Shown: positions 1-11,276, counted from the stretch's first letter. The stretch: DNA of 57,889 bases from Eubacteriales bacterium (GCA_030533295.1 JAUNJI010000002.1:7395-65283); one strand, 5' to 3'. Numbers and translations are program-made. The notes: generated by a model from the sequence alone, not told the origin.

Positions 1-1383
1 CTCCTCCAGCGTCGCGCCCTGCGCCAGCGCCGCCACGACGATCTCGCGATCGGCCTTGGCCTGATCGGACAGGCCGCGATCGAGCGCCCTGCGGGCATCC
101 GTGCCCGTCGGGAACGCCTTGGGCGTATAGAGCGCGTTCTCCCGGACGGTCTGCACCGCGGTCTCGAGCACCGCGTCCATCTGCGGGGTCAAGTCGGTGC
201 TGTATCGGCGGATCACGTCGATGTCGTTGGCGTCCTTGGTCACGGGCGTATAGCCCGAGCCCGTAGAAAACGCGATGTCGTGCTCGCTCTGGGTGAACCA
301 CTTCAAAAACTGCACGCTGGCATAGACCTCGGCCTCGCTGCTGTCGGTCACGACCATGCCCGCGCCCTGCTGGACGGCGTAGCCCGGGCTGCCCTCGAAC
401 TGCGGCGCGGGGAACACGCGGCTATCGATCGGATAGCTCTCGGTATCGCTGAGCACGACGCGATCCGGGAAGAAGGTCGTGCCCGAGGACGAGCCCACGA
501 GGGCGATGATGTGCCCGGTCTTGATGTCATCGCTGCGGAAGCGGCCGGCGGACGCGAAATAGCCCTTGATATAGGGCACATAGTAATGCTCCCACAGGGT
601 GCGCACGGTCTCGCGGTCGAAGTTCAGCGTCATGTGGCCGTCCTCGACCTGAAACAGCTCGGTGCCGAGCTGCATCGCGCCGACCAACATATAGTTGGCC
701 ATCGCGTCCCGGCCGAAAAAGGCCGCGCCGTCGTTCGGCACATCCGGGGTCAGGCTGTCCGTCCACTCGTAGTACGCCTGCGCGGTATCGACCAAGCGCT
801 CCATGGTGGACAGATCGTCATACGTCGCGCCGGTGGCCTGCGCGAAGCGCTGCCACGCGGTGTCGTTGAGCAGGAGCACCTCGGTGGACTTGGCCAGCGG
901 GAAGATCTTGATGCCGCCATCCTGATCGAAGCGGCCTTCCTCGATATAGCTATCGACATACAGATCGATCTCGTCCTGCGTCAGATAGGGGGACAGATCG
1001 GCCGCCAGCCCCATCTGGTCGATCGTATAGGCCGTATCGACATAGGCGGCGAACATATTGGGCACCTTGTCCGCGCCCACCTCGCCGCGCACGGCGGCGA
1101 GCACATTGGCCTCGAGGTCGCCCACCGAGCCCTGACTGGCGCTCTCGACCACGATGCCCTGCTCCCGGCCGACGGTCGTGTTGAACAGATCGACGATCCG
1201 GTTGAACGTAGACAGCTGCTGTCCGTTATAGTACGTCCAGATCGTGACCGTCACCGGGTCCTCCGGGTCGAGCAGACCGCCGTCCTGCGCGTCGGCGGGC
1301 GGCTCGGTCATCGCACAGCCTGCCAGCAGCGCAAGGCTCAGCGCCATGCCGCACAGCCGCTTCATGGGGTGGCGTTTTTTCAT
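1..1383 (-). CDS. Extracellular solute-binding lipoprotein (ABC SBP family 1-like); 3' end runs off the window
   Basis: Manual translation from ATG at 1383 (GGAGG upstream): MKKRHPMKRLCGMALSLALLAGC (lipobox), then DPVTVTIWTYYNGQQ...FPLAKSTEVLLLN. No stop before position 1, so it is absent from the ORF track. Confidence 0.85.
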   Translation of the reverse strand, partial: MKKRHPMKRLCGMALSLALLAGCAMTEPPADAQDGGLLDPEDPVTVTIWTYYNGQQLSTFNRIVDLFNTTVGREQGIVVESASQGSVGDLEANVLAAVRGEVGADKVPNMFAAYVDTAYTIDQMGLAADLSPYLTQDEIDLYVDSYIEEGRFDQDGGIKIFPLAKSTEVLLLNDTAWQRFAQATGATYDDLSTMERLVDTAQAYYEWTDSLTPDVPNDGAAFFGRDAMANYMLVGAMQLGTELFQVEDGHMTLNFDRETVRTLWEHYYVPYIKGYFASAGRFRSDDIKTGHIIALVGSSSGTTFFPDRVVLSDTESYPIDSRVFPAPQFEGSPGYAVQQGAGMVVTDSSEAEVYASVQFLKWFTQSEHDIAFSTGSGYTPVTKDANDIDVIRRYSTDLTPQMDAVLETAVQTVRENALYTPKAFPTGTDARRALDRGLSDQAKADREIVVAALAQGATLEE

Positions 1384-1644
1384 CGTGTCCTTCCTCCGGT
1401 ATCACAAAAAAATGAAAACGATCAGGTCGATCGGCATATATATGCTATTGTACCATCTCCCATGTCATTTTGCAAGCGTCGCGCCCATGCGGGCAAATGC
1501 GCACCGAGAGCGGCATTTTCCTCCGCAAAATGCGGGATATGCCTTATTGATTCTTTCCGGCGATCCTGTTATGCTCATGGGAGACTATATAGCAGATGAT
1601 GCTGTTTTTTTACCGACCACGCATGGAATGGCAGGCGATCCGAC

Positions 1645-2534
1645 ATGGACATCAAGCAACTGTCCTATTTTTTGGCAGTCGCACAAGAAAAAAATGTGAC
1701 ACGCGCCGCAGAAAAGCTGGCTGTTTCCCAGCCGACGCTGTCGATGGCGATCAAAAAGCTGGAGGACGAGCTCCAGACCAAGCTGTTTTATTCGTCCAAC
1801 CGCAAGCAGAACCTGACCGACGCGGGGCTACGGCTCCAGGAGGGCGTCGAGCGGCTGATGGCGGTCTATCAGGAGACGATCGACAGCGTGACCGCCGCGC
1901 CCCACAAGGTCTCGGGCAAGCTGACGCTGGGCTTGGCGCCGCTGTTCGGCGCCTGCTTTTTCGGCGACCTGATCCCGGATTTTTGCCGCGAATACCCGAA
2001 CATCGAGCTGCACATGATCGAAGGCGGCGCGTATAAGATGAACGAGCGGCTCGAGAGCGGCGAGGTGGACATCGCGCTCACGCTCAACACGCCGCGCACG
2101 CGCTCGTTCGGCCATTGCCACTTCACCACCCAGCGCAACGTCGCGCTGCTGCCCAAGCGCCACCCGCTGGCCAGCGCATCGGACATCACGGTGGCCGAGC
2201 TGCGGCACGAACCCTTCGCGATCTTCGACCACGACTTCATCCTCAACCACCAGATCATGTCGGCCTGCCACGAGGCGGGCTTCCAGCCATCATGCTGCTG
2301 AGCTCGCAGTGGGATCTCATCGTGGAGGTCGTCTCGCGCGGGCAGGCGGTCTCGATCATGCCCAAGCCGGTGCTCGTCAAGCACCCCGATCCCAACGTGG
2401 CCTGCGTCCCCTTGACCGACGGCATGAAATATTGGGACACCATCCTCGCTTGGAACAAGGAACGGTATATGTCCAAGGCTTGTATGCTGTTTTTGGAGTA
2501 TGTGCGGCGGCACCTGCCCGCGGACGACCTGTGA
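1645..2534 (+). pseudogene. LysR-family regulator split by a frameshift near 2288
   Basis: HTH start MDIKQLSYFLAVAQEKNVTRAAEKLAVSQPTLS stops at 2301. The C-terminal part IMLLSSQWDLIVEVVSRGQAVSIMP...FLEYV continues in another frame to 2534. The span is 890 nt, one short of a 296-aa protein. Confidence 0.8.
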
Positions 2535-2561
2535 CCCGGTCGATCGCGCCGCGCCACGCGC

Positions 2562-2600
2562 AAAAAGACCTCCCGCTCGATAGGAGCGGGAGGTCTTTGT
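2562..2600. terminator. Probable bidirectional intrinsic terminator between the LysR gene and lysS
   Basis: AAAAAGACCTCCCGCTC-gatag-GAGCGGGAGGTCTTTGT between convergent genes. Confidence 0.75.
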
Positions 2601-2628
2601 CGTCTGTTTTTCGATCCGGGGGCGGCGA

Positions 2629-4134
2629 TCAGTCGAGCGGTTTCATCGTCGGGAACAGCAGCACGTCGCGGATCGAGGCCGAGTCGGTCAGCAGCATGAC
2701 CAGACGATCGATGCCCATGCCCATGCCGCCTGTGGGCGGCATACCGTACTCGAGCGCGTTGACGAAATCATCGTCCATCATGCTGGCCTCGTCGTCGCCT
2801 GCGGCGCGCAGCGCCACCTGCCGCTCGAAGCGCTCGCGCTGGTCGATCGGGTCGTTCAGCTCGGAGAAGGCGTTGCACAGCTCACGCCCCGCGACGAAGC
2901 ACTCGAAGCGCTCGGTCAGGCGCGGATCGGACGCCTTGCGCTTGGCCAGCGGCGACACCTCGACCGGGTAATCCATGATGAAGGTCGGCTGGATCAGGTG
3001 CTCCTCGACGAAGGCATCGTAGCACAGCGCGAGCAGATCGCCCCAGCTCTCCTTGCCCTTTTCGATCTCCACGCCCTTGGCCTTGACCGCCGCGAGCGCC
3101 TGCTCGCCGTCCATCGCCATGAAGTCCAGCCCTGCGTATTCCTTGACCGCCTCGGCCATGGTCATGCGGCGCCAGCCCTTGGTGAAGTCCAGCTCCATGC
3201 CCTGATAGCACACCTTGGTCGTGCCCAGCACGCTCTGGCACACATGGACGACCATATCCTCGGTGATGTCCATCATGCCGTGGTAGTCGGTGAACGCCTG
3301 ATAGAGCTCGATGGTGGTGAACTCCGGGTTGTGCTTGGTGTCCATGCCCTCGTTGCGGAAGATGCGGCCGATCTCGTACACCTGCTCGAAGCCGCCCACG
3401 ATCAGGCGCTTGAGGTGCAGCTCGGTCGCGATGCGCATATACATATCGATGTCCAGCGCATTGTGGTGCGTGATGAACGGACGCGCCGCCGCGCCGCCCG
3501 GGATGGTGTTCAGGCAGGGGGTCTCGACCTCCATGAAGCCGCGGCCGTCCATGAAGCGGCGGATCTCGCGCACGATCGCCGAGCGCTTTTCAAAGGTATC
3601 GCGCACATCGGGGTTGACGATCAGATCGACATACCGCTGGCGATAGCGCATATCGGTATCCTTGAGGCCGTGCCACTTTTCGGGCAGCGGCGCGAGGTTT
3701 TTGCTCAGCAGCGTCAGCTCGTGCACCGCGACCGAGATCTCGCCCTTCTGGGTGCGGAACACCTCGCCCTCGATGCCGATGATGTCGCCGATGTCGAACT
3801 TTTTGTAGCCCTTATAGACCTCGTCGCCCACATTATCGCGCTTGATATAGAGCTGCAAGCGGCCATAGCGGTCGGACAGGTCGGAGAACGACGCTTTGCC
3901 CATGATGCGCTTGCTCATCATGCGCCCGGCGAGGCGGACGGTCTTGCCCTCCAGCTCGTCGAAGTGCGCATGGATCTCGCTCGTGTGGTGGTCGCGTGCG
4001 AACCGCACCTGCTGGTACGGATCTGCGCCGGCCTCCTGCAACGCCGCGAGCTTTTCGCGGCGGATGCGCTTGAGTTCATGGAGCTCCTCTGCGGTCTGCT
4101 CGTGCTGCTCTTGTGCCTGATGCTGTTCTGCCAT
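2629..4134 (-). CDS. lysS: Lysine--tRNA ligase (class II)
   Basis: [62 protein letters not shown]. Confidence 0.98.
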   Translation of the reverse strand: MAEQHQAQEQHEQTAEELHELKRIRREKLAALQEAGADPYQQVRFARDHHTSEIHAHFDELEGKTVRLAGRMMSKRIMGKASFSDLSDRYGRLQLYIKRDNVGDEVYKGYKKFDIGDIIGIEGEVFRTQKGEISVAVHELTLLSKNLAPLPEKWHGLKDTDMRYRQRYVDLIVNPDVRDTFEKRSAIVREIRRFMDGRGFMEVETPCLNTIPGGAAARPFITHHNALDIDMYMRIATELHLKRLIVGGFEQVYEIGRIFRNEGMDTKHNPEFTTIELYQAFTDYHGMMDITEDMVVHVCQSVLGTTKVCYQGMELDFTKGWRRMTMAEAVKEYAGLDFMAMDGEQALAAVKAKGVEIEKGKESWGDLLALCYDAFVEEHLIQPTFIMDYPVEVSPLAKRKASDPRLTERFECFVAGRELCNAFSELNDPIDQRERFERQVALRAAGDDEASMMDDDFVNALEYGMPPTGGMGMGIDRLVMLLTDSASIRDVLLFPTMKPLD

Positions 4135-4314
4135 ATCTTCCCCATCTTTCTGCAAATTTTATCAGCCCGCCGCACCGGCGGCTGCGCGCGAAACGATCCG
4201 CGTGCCCGGCGGCCGGATGCGCCGCGCCGTCCCATCGCCAGCGTTGCGGGGCGCGTGCCCTGCATCCCGGCTTTTTTCATCGCCGCGGGGCGGGACGGCT
4301 GCCCCCGGCAGGTG

Positions 4315-4788
4315 TCATTTCTGGATGTCGATGATCTGGTACTTGACCACGCCCACCGGCGCTTCGACCTCGACGATGGTGCCCACCTTTTTGCCCAGCA
4401 TGGCCTTACCGAAGGGCGATTCGTCCGAGATCTTGCCCTCCATCGGGTCGGCCTCCTGCGAGCCGACGAAGTGGTACGCCTCCTCGTCGCCGAACTCCAG
4501 ATCCTTGACGACGAAGCGGCAGCCGGGCGATACCTCGTCCGCGGCATAGGTGTCGCCGGTCACGACGACCGCCAGCTTGATGATCTCCTCGAGCTCGGCG
4601 ATCCGAGAGTACAGCTTGCCCTGCTCGTTCTTGGCCTCGTCATACTCGGCGTTCTCGGACAGGTCGCCGAACGACCGCGCCTCCTTGAGCTGCTCGGCTA
4701 CCTCGTCCGCACGGGTGGTCTTGAGGTATTCCAGTTCGTTTTTATATGCGTTCAGACTTTCTTGTGTCAGTTTGATCTCTTTCGCCAT
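4315..4788 (-). CDS. greA: Transcription elongation factor GreA
   Basis: ARSFGDLSENAEYDEAK and ISDESPFGKAMLGK; start MAKEIKLT at 4788. Confidence 0.97.
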   Translation of the reverse strand: MAKEIKLTQESLNAYKNELEYLKTTRADEVAEQLKEARSFGDLSENAEYDEAKNEQGKLYSRIAELEEIIKLAVVVTGDTYAADEVSPGCRFVVKDLEFGDEEAYHFVGSQEADPMEGKISDESPFGKAMLGKKVGTIVEVEAPVGVVKYQIIDIQK

Positions 4789-4864
4789 AGTTACAACCCT
4801 TCTTATCATGATGTTCAGCCCCGCAGAGCCGATGGACCGCGCTGCGGCCGTAACAATACCTCTA

Positions 4865-4893
4865 ATTATAGGTAAGGAACTGCGCTCTGTCAA
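4865..4893 (-). promoter_or_regulatory. Consensus sigma-A promoter for greA-lysS
   Basis: TTGACA-17 nt-TATAAT on the minus strand. Confidence 0.85.
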
Positions 4894-4903
4894 GCGCACG
4901 GCG

Positions 4904-6112
4904 CTATTTTTCCGCCGCTTTTCTGCCCTGTGCGGCCGCCTGCTGCACCGCGTGCAGGGCTTTTTGCAGCTGCGGGTCGTTTTCCGGCGACAGGAAGAAA
5001 AACGCCTGCTGCTGCTCGTCCGACAGGCTGCACGCGAGGTCGGGCGCGATGCCCACACCGGCCAAGCTGCGGCCATGCGGGGTGAAATATTCCTCGACCG
5101 ACAGGTTGATCGCCGAGCCGTCGGACAGCTCGAACGTGCGCTGGGCGCGTCCCTTGCCGGTGGTGTGTGCGCCGACCAGCGTCGCCCGGCCATGCTCCTG
5201 CAAGACCGCCGCGAACAGCTCGGCCGCCGAGATGCTCTGCTCGTCGATCAGCACAGCGAGCGGCAGGTCGATCATGTCGTCATCCGACGTATAGACGGTC
5301 TCGCGGCCATGCTTGGGGCGCAGGGTGACGATCGTGCCCGCGGGCAGCAGCCGGTCGAGCGCATCGCTCATCTCCTTGACCCGGCCGCCGCCGTTGTGGC
5401 GCACATCGATCACGAGCGCCTGCACGCCATCGGCCAGCAGCGCGTCCAGCGCCGCGCCGAACTGCGCGGCAGCGCCGACGTGGAAGCTCTCGAGGCGGAT
5501 ATAGCCGACCGTGTCGGTCAGGCGGGCGCTCCACGCGATCTTTTGCGTGACGACTGCGCGGGTCAGCGTCAGCGTGCGCACGGTGTCCGCGCCGTCTGCG
5601 CGGACGGAGACCGCGACCTCGGTGCCCGCCTCGCCGCGGATCGCATCGACCACGGCCTCGGTGCCGTCCTGCTCGACCGTCAGCCCGTCTGCGCCCACGA
5701 TATAGTCGCCCTTGCGGATGCCCGCCGCCGCAGCCGGTGAGTCGTCATACACCAGACTGACGCGGATGCTGTCTGCCGTGCGCTGCACGGTCACGCCGAT
5801 GCCGCAGCCCTGCCCCTCGACCTCCATGCAAAAGGCATCATACTGGTCAGCCGGGATGTAATACGACCATCGATCGCCCAGCCCGGCCACATAGCCCTGC
5901 GCCGCGCGGTCGCCCACGGTCTGTGCGTCCCATTCGCCCACGTACTGCGACGCGGCGATCCGGTCGATCTCGCGCAGCTTGTCGCTGACCGCGCTCGTGC
6001 GCCAGTGCAGCTCGAGGCCGCACAGCAGCCGCATCGCGGCCGCCGACAGCACGCACAGCGCCAGCGCCGTGCGCAGCCGGCTCCGCGTCTCTCGCAGTTT
6101 ATGCAATCCCAT
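4904..6112 (-). CDS. S41A C-terminal processing protease with PDZ domain
   Basis: GIGV PDZ start, DSPAAAAGIRKGD, IDVRHNGGG, SISAAELFA, TTGKG. Confidence 0.92.
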   Translation of the reverse strand: MGLHKLRETRSRLRTALALCVLSAAAMRLLCGLELHWRTSAVSDKLREIDRIAASQYVGEWDAQTVGDRAAQGYVAGLGDRWSYYIPADQYDAFCMEVEGQGCGIGVTVQRTADSIRVSLVYDDSPAAAAGIRKGDYIVGADGLTVEQDGTEAVVDAIRGEAGTEVAVSVRADGADTVRTLTLTRAVVTQKIAWSARLTDTVGYIRLESFHVGAAAQFGAALDALLADGVQALVIDVRHNGGGRVKEMSDALDRLLPAGTIVTLRPKHGRETVYTSDDDMIDLPLAVLIDEQSISAAELFAAVLQEHGRATLVGAHTTGKGRAQRTFELSDGSAINLSVEEYFTPHGRSLAGVGIAPDLACSLSDEQQQAFFFLSPENDPQLQKALHAVQQAAAQGRKAAEK

Positions 6113-6177
6113 CCCTCCAAAGCAAAAGGGAGGGCGTGCCCTCCCTTTTCGTCCTGCGCGCGGCCGATCGTCCCAGC

Positions 6178-7356
6178 TCAGAAAAAGCTCTTGGGATCGA
6201 CCGTCGCGCCGTTGATATAGACCTCGAAATGCAGGTGCGGACCGGTCGAGTTGCCGGTCGAACCGACATAGCCGATCACCTGACCCTGCGACACGGTCTG
6301 CCCGACCGACACCGCGAACGAGCTCTGGTGGCCGTAGGCCGTCATCATGCCGCCACCGTGGTCGATGACCGTGTAGTTGCCGTAGCCCGACACCCAGCCC
6401 GCCGTGACGACGCGGCCGGACGCCGCCGCGAGGATCTGCGCGCCGTAGCCCGCGGGGATGTCCTCGCCCGCGTGGAACTTGCGCGTGCCGAAGATCGGGT
6501 GGATGCGCCAGCCATAGGCGCTGGAGTTGGTCGTGCAGCTCGGGGTCGGCCAGATCAGCGTGCCGTCGCCCATCGGCACCGAGCCGCTCACCGCGGCCTT
6601 GCGCGACAGCTCGGCGATCTTGTCGCTGACCGACTGCATCTCAGACGCGATGCGGTCGTACTCGGCCTCGCTCTCGGCCACATAGGCCTCGATGCTCTCT
6701 TGCAGGGCGGCCTGCTCGGCCTCGCTCGCGGCGAGGTCGCTGACCTTATAGTTCAGGCTCTCCTGATAGTTCTTCTGGGTGTCCTGCGTCTGTTGCAGGT
6801 CGTCGCGCTTTTGCGCGATGTCCTCCTTAGCGGCGGTATATTCGGCCACCACGCGCTTGTTATCGTCCATGATCGCCGTGACGATCTCCATGCGAGAGAG
6901 CAGATCGGCGAAGCTCGATGAGTTGAGCAGCACCTCGAGGTAGCTCACGTCGCCCTGCTCATAGGTGGTGCGCACGGTGAGGGCGAAGGCGTCCTGCTTC
7001 TTTTCCAGCGCCTTTTCCGCCTCGGCGAGCTCGGTGGTCTTGACATCGATCTGCTGCTGCAAGCGCTCGATGTAGGCCGTGACGACCGCGATCTCCTGCT
7101 TGGTGAGGTCGATCTCCTGTTGCAGCGCGTCGCGCGTCGCCTGCACGTCGTTTTTCTGCCGGGTCAGCTCGGCGATCCGTTGCTTGACGGTCGATTTTTG
7201 ATCCTCGAGCACCGAAAGCTGATCGCGCAGTTCGTCTGCGTCCTCGGCCGCGAAGGCATAGGTCAGGCCGGAGGCCAGCATCGACAGCACCATCGCCAGC
7301 ACCAGCACGCCCGCGATCACGCAGGAGATCCGGCGCAGCGTTTTTTTCTTCATCAT
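6178..7356 (-). CDS. Coiled-coil M23 peptidase (EnvC/CwlO-like FtsEX partner)
   Basis: Signal peptide, long coiled coil, then HAGEDI, YGHQS and STGPHLHFE M23 motifs; follows ftsX. Confidence 0.92.
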   Translation of the reverse strand: MMKKKTLRRISCVIAGVLVLAMVLSMLASGLTYAFAAEDADELRDQLSVLEDQKSTVKQRIAELTRQKNDVQATRDALQQEIDLTKQEIAVVTAYIERLQQQIDVKTTELAEAEKALEKKQDAFALTVRTTYEQGDVSYLEVLLNSSSFADLLSRMEIVTAIMDDNKRVVAEYTAAKEDIAQKRDDLQQTQDTQKNYQESLNYKVSDLAASEAEQAALQESIEAYVAESEAEYDRIASEMQSVSDKIAELSRKAAVSGSVPMGDGTLIWPTPSCTTNSSAYGWRIHPIFGTRKFHAGEDIPAGYGAQILAAASGRVVTAGWVSGYGNYTVIDHGGGMMTAYGHQSSFAVSVGQTVSQGQVIGYVGSTGNSTGPHLHFEVYINGATVDPKSFF

Positions 7357-7381
7357 CAGCAGTTCCCTCCTCGTCCTGCGA

Positions 7382-8266
7382 TCATACGTTCATGAATCGG
7401 CGGATGCTCGTGACCGAGCCGCCCACACCGAACAGCAAGCCCGCGCCGAGGAACACGCCCAGCACCAGCCAGCGCACGATCTCGAACGGCTCGATGGTGA
7501 AATACGGGATCACATTGCCCACGACGTTCACCATCTCGGTATACAGGCCCCACTGCGCCAGATAGGCCAGCCCGCCTGCGGTCAGGCCGAGCACCATGCC
7601 CTCGATCACGAACGGCCAGCGGATGAACCAGTTGGTCGCGCCGACCATTTTCTGGATCGAGATCTCCTCCCGGCGGGCGAACATCCCCAGCTTGACCGTG
7701 TTGGAGATGATGAAGATCGAGATCACCGCCAGACCGACGATCATCGCCAGCGCGATGATGTTGAACACGCGCTGCACTTGGATCAGGCGCGTGATGACGC
7801 CCTCATCGGCGCGGATATGCCCGACGCCCTCGACCGCCTCGATCTGCGCGATCGTCTGCTCGGCGAGCGCCGGATCTTCGAGCGTGAAGATGAAGCTGTT
7901 GCGCAGCGGATTGTTCGAGGCGTCGTAATCCGAAAGGATATAGGCATCCTCGCCCAGCGTCTCGCGATATTTTTCCAGCGCGACATCGCGATCCTCGAAC
8001 TCGATGCTGGCGATATTGCGGATGCGCTCGAACTGCTTGGTCAGCGACCGCGCCTCGCGCGTGGTCAGCTCCTCGTCGATGAACACGACGATCTCGCTCG
8101 ACTGTTGCAGCCCGCGGATGCTCAGATCGATGTTATAGGCGAGCAGCGTCACCGTGCCGGTCAGCAGCAGGCACGCGACGATGATCAGCACCGCCGCGAG
8201 CGACATGAAGCCGTGCTTGAAGATGTTGCGCAGGCCTTCCTTCCAATAATAGCCGAATCTTCTCAT
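7382..8266 (-). CDS. ftsX: Cell division permease FtsX
   Basis: ISNTVKLGMFARREEISIQKMVGATNWFIRWPFVIEG; four TM segments; follows ftsE. Confidence 0.95.
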   Translation of the reverse strand: MRRFGYYWKEGLRNIFKHGFMSLAAVLIIVACLLLTGTVTLLAYNIDLSIRGLQQSSEIVVFIDEELTTREARSLTKQFERIRNIASIEFEDRDVALEKYRETLGEDAYILSDYDASNNPLRNSFIFTLEDPALAEQTIAQIEAVEGVGHIRADEGVITRLIQVQRVFNIIALAMIVGLAVISIFIISNTVKLGMFARREEISIQKMVGATNWFIRWPFVIEGMVLGLTAGGLAYLAQWGLYTEMVNVVGNVIPYFTIEPFEIVRWLVLGVFLGAGLLFGVGGSVTSIRRFMNV

Positions 8267-8943
8267 AGCTGATAATACCCACCTGTCTGGTCGCTGACGA
8301 CCTCGCCTTGGTCGATCATCACGACGCGCTTTTCGAACTCGTCCACCAGCCCTTTTTCGTGCGTGACGATCAGCACGGTGGTGCCCAGCTCGTTGATCTT
8401 TTCAAACAGGGTCATGAGCTCGAGCGAGCGGGCGGGGTCGAGGTTGCCGGTCGGCTCGTCCGCGATGATCAGGCGCGGATTGTTGACCAGCGCACGGGCG
8501 ATCGCCACGCGCTGCTGCTCGCCGCCGGACAGGTTGATCGGCTTTTCCTTGGCCTTGCCGGTCAGCCCGACCAGCTCGAGCACGTAGGGCACGCGCTCCT
8601 TGATCGCCTTGCCCTTGGCGCCGATCGTGCGCATCGCGAACGCGACGTTTTCGTACACGCTCTTGTTGCGGATCAGGCGAAAATCCTGATACACCACGCC
8701 GAGCGTGCGGCGCAGGTAGGGGATCTGGCGTTTTTTGATCTCGCCGATGTTATAATTATTGACCAGCACGCGCCCCTCGGTCGGCCGCACCTCGGCGGTC
8801 AGCAGCTTGATGAGGGTGGTCTTGCCCGAGCCGGACGCGCCGACCAGAAAGACGAACTCGCCCTCGTCCACGCGCAGGCTGGCCTTGTTCACCGCACGGA
8901 TGCCATTATCGTACACCACGGTGACATCATTCATTCGTATCAC
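8263..8943 (-). CDS. ftsE: Cell division ATP-binding protein FtsE
   Basis: GASGSGKTT, VVYQDFRL, LSGGEQQRVAIARALVNNP; GTG start at 8943 with GGAGG upstream. Confidence 0.95.
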   Translation of the reverse strand: MIRMNDVTVVYDNGIRAVNKASLRVDEGEFVFLVGASGSGKTTLIKLLTAEVRPTEGRVLVNNYNIGEIKKRQIPYLRRTLGVVYQDFRLIRNKSVYENVAFAMRTIGAKGKAIKERVPYVLELVGLTGKAKEKPINLSGGEQQRVAIARALVNNPRLIIADEPTGNLDPARSLELMTLFEKINELGTTVLIVTHEKGLVDEFEKRVVMIDQGEVVSDQTGGYYQL

Positions 8944-9114
8944 AGACTGTTCCTCCCCGGAGCCGTTTTTGCGAACAAAAAGGCAAAGGTGCATGGGATC
9001 ATACACCTTTGCCTATTATAACAGATTTTTATGCGCCGCGCAAGACGACGATCTGCCCCGATCGGTCGCTATCGCGCTCGGGCTTCGTGAATTTTTTGTG
9101 AACAGCGCGCGCGA

Positions 9115-10206
9115 TCACCACACGCCCTCCTCGCGGCTGGCCAGATACTTGCGCACCATGAGCGCCACCTTGAACACGATCGCGTGATCGAACTCGCGCA
9201 GGTCGAGGCCGGTCAGCTTTTTGATCTTTTCCAGCCGATAGACCAGTGTGTTGCGGTGCACGAACAGCTTGCGCGAGGTCTCCGACACGTTCAGGTTGTT
9301 CTCGAAGAATTTCTGGATGGTGAACAGCGTCTCCTGATCGAGCGAGTCGATCGAGCCCTTTTTGAACACTTCCGCCAGGAACATCTCGCACAGCGTGATC
9401 GGTAGCTGGTAGATCAGGCGGCCGATGCCCAGATTCTCGAAGCTGATGATGTTCTTCTCGGTGTCGAACACCGCGCCGACCTCGATCGCGGTCTGCGCCT
9501 CCTTGAACGAGCGGGCGATGTCCTTCATCTGCGAGGACACCGAGCCGATGCCGATCAGGCACTTGACCGACAGCTCCTCCTGCATGGTCTCCTCGATCGA
9601 GGCGGCGAGCTTGTCCAGATCGCGCGATTCGCTGCCCGGCTTGACCTCCTTGACCACGACGATGTCGCTCTCCGAGATATGGAGGACGAAATCCTTCTGC
9701 TTGTCCGGGAACATCCCCGAGATCACGTCGATCGCGGCCACATCGGCGGGCGGCAGCTGCCGCACGAGGAACACCACGCGCGGCACATCATTGCCGAAGT
9801 GCAGTTCGCGGGATTTGATGTAGATGTCGCCCGGCAGGATATTGTCCAAAATGATATTTTTGACGAAGGTCGCCTTGTCGTGCTTTTCGTCATACAGCGT
9901 CTTGATGTTGTTGAGCGACACCGCGACCAACGAACAGATGCTGCGCGCGAGCTCATCCTCGCCCTGCACGAACACCGCGTATTCCAGCCGGGAGGAACGC
10001 TCCCCCGTGACATGGTATGTATAGCCGCCATAGCGCACGATGTCGCCGACGAAGCCGAGCTCGGTGACGGCCTCCTCCCGCATCTCTCCGATGCGCGGCA
10101 GATCGGTGCACGCCACGACCGCACCGCTCGCATCGACGATGCCAATGGTACGATCCACCGTGTCCTTCATCTGTAATACGATCGACTGGAACAATCTCGA
10201 AGCCAT
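9115..10206 (-). CDS. CdaR/PucR-family transcriptional regulator
   Basis: C-terminal HTH NLNVSETSRKLFVHRNTLVYRLEKIKKLTGLDL. Confidence 0.9.
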   Translation of the reverse strand: MASRLFQSIVLQMKDTVDRTIGIVDASGAVVACTDLPRIGEMREEAVTELGFVGDIVRYGGYTYHVTGERSSRLEYAVFVQGEDELARSICSLVAVSLNNIKTLYDEKHDKATFVKNIILDNILPGDIYIKSRELHFGNDVPRVVFLVRQLPPADVAAIDVISGMFPDKQKDFVLHISESDIVVVKEVKPGSESRDLDKLAASIEETMQEELSVKCLIGIGSVSSQMKDIARSFKEAQTAIEVGAVFDTEKNIISFENLGIGRLIYQLPITLCEMFLAEVFKKGSIDSLDQETLFTIQKFFENNLNVSETSRKLFVHRNTLVYRLEKIKKLTGLDLREFDHAIVFKVALMVRKYLASREEGVW

Positions 10207-10377
10207 TTCCATCACCTTTCCCGTCATTTCCCTGTCATACACCGCCGGTGTTCGTCACCACGGCACGCCCGGCCATCATTCTTCACAAGGAAGTCGTTGT
10301 TCTCCTCTGCATTTTATGACATTATAGCACAGATCATCTCATTTTTGTACAAAAATTTTTGAAAAAATTTGGCGGAT

Positions 10378-11109
10378 CTATCGTACATCTGCTTGCCCTT
10401 CTCGCAGAAGCACCAGCTCCGCCGCCGTCAACTCCCGGAACGCGCCCGGCGCGAGCGCGGGATCGAGCGTCAGGCCGCCCAGCGCGATCCGCCGCAGCGC
10501 CACGACCGTCCCGCCGACCGCCGCGACCATGCGCTTGACCTGATGGTACTTGCCCTCCTGCAAGGTGACGCGCACGCGCAGGGCGGGCGCGGTCTGCATG
10601 ACGGCGAGCGTCGCCGGACGGCACACCGTGCCGTCCCGCAGGGTCAGCCCGGCGGCGAAGCGGGCGGCCGCATCGGCGGCCAGCGTGCCCTCGACCGTCG
10701 CCTCGTACACTTTGGAGACGTGCCGAGTCGGGCTCATGAGCGCGTGGCTGAGCGCACCGTCATCGGTCACGAGCAGCAGCCCCTCGGTATCCTTATCCAG
10801 CCGACCGACCGCGAACAGGCCGCGCCGCTCCCCTTCCGGGAACAGATCGAGCACGGTATCGTGTCGCAGATCGCGGCTGGCGGTTATCACCCCCGCAGGC
10901 TTGTTGAGCATATAGTATCGCTGCGCCCGGTAATGCTGCACCTGACCGTCCAGCGCGACCTGCGCCGCATCCGGATCGACCTTGGCCGCCGGATCGCGCA
11001 GCGCTGCGCCGTCCACCAGCACGCGCCCCGCACGGATCAGGGCTTGCACCTCCTTGCGGCTGCCGCAATTGAGATGGGTGAGCAGCTTGTCCAGTCGCAT
11101 CTGTGGCAT
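10378..11109 (-). CDS. rsuA: RsuA-family rRNA pseudouridine synthase
   Basis: S4 domain MRLDKLL, NKPAG, VGRLDKDTEGLLLVTDDG, EGKYHQVKRM. Confidence 0.9.
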   Translation of the reverse strand: MPQMRLDKLLTHLNCGSRKEVQALIRAGRVLVDGAALRDPAAKVDPDAAQVALDGQVQHYRAQRYYMLNKPAGVITASRDLRHDTVLDLFPEGERRGLFAVGRLDKDTEGLLLVTDDGALSHALMSPTRHVSKVYEATVEGTLAADAAARFAAGLTLRDGTVCRPATLAVMQTAPALRVRVTLQEGKYHQVKRMVAAVGGTVVALRRIALGGLTLDPALAPGAFRELTAAELVLLREGQADVR

Positions 11110-11276
11110 TTTGTGTCCTCCGACGATCGATCATCGTTAATAGCATACCACTTTTTCGCAAATTGCACAATAGGGAAAAGAAAAAAAGTGCGATCTTCCG
11201 AAAGGCGTCGTCAATAGTCGCAGAGCGCGCGTTCCTTTTTCGTGCGATCATACAAAAAACGGACAGCCGCGCCCCG

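Noticed and set aside
4140-4310. T-box or lysine riboswitch before lysS
   Set aside because: GC-rich hairpins are present, but no T-box motif or riboswitch core was recognised.
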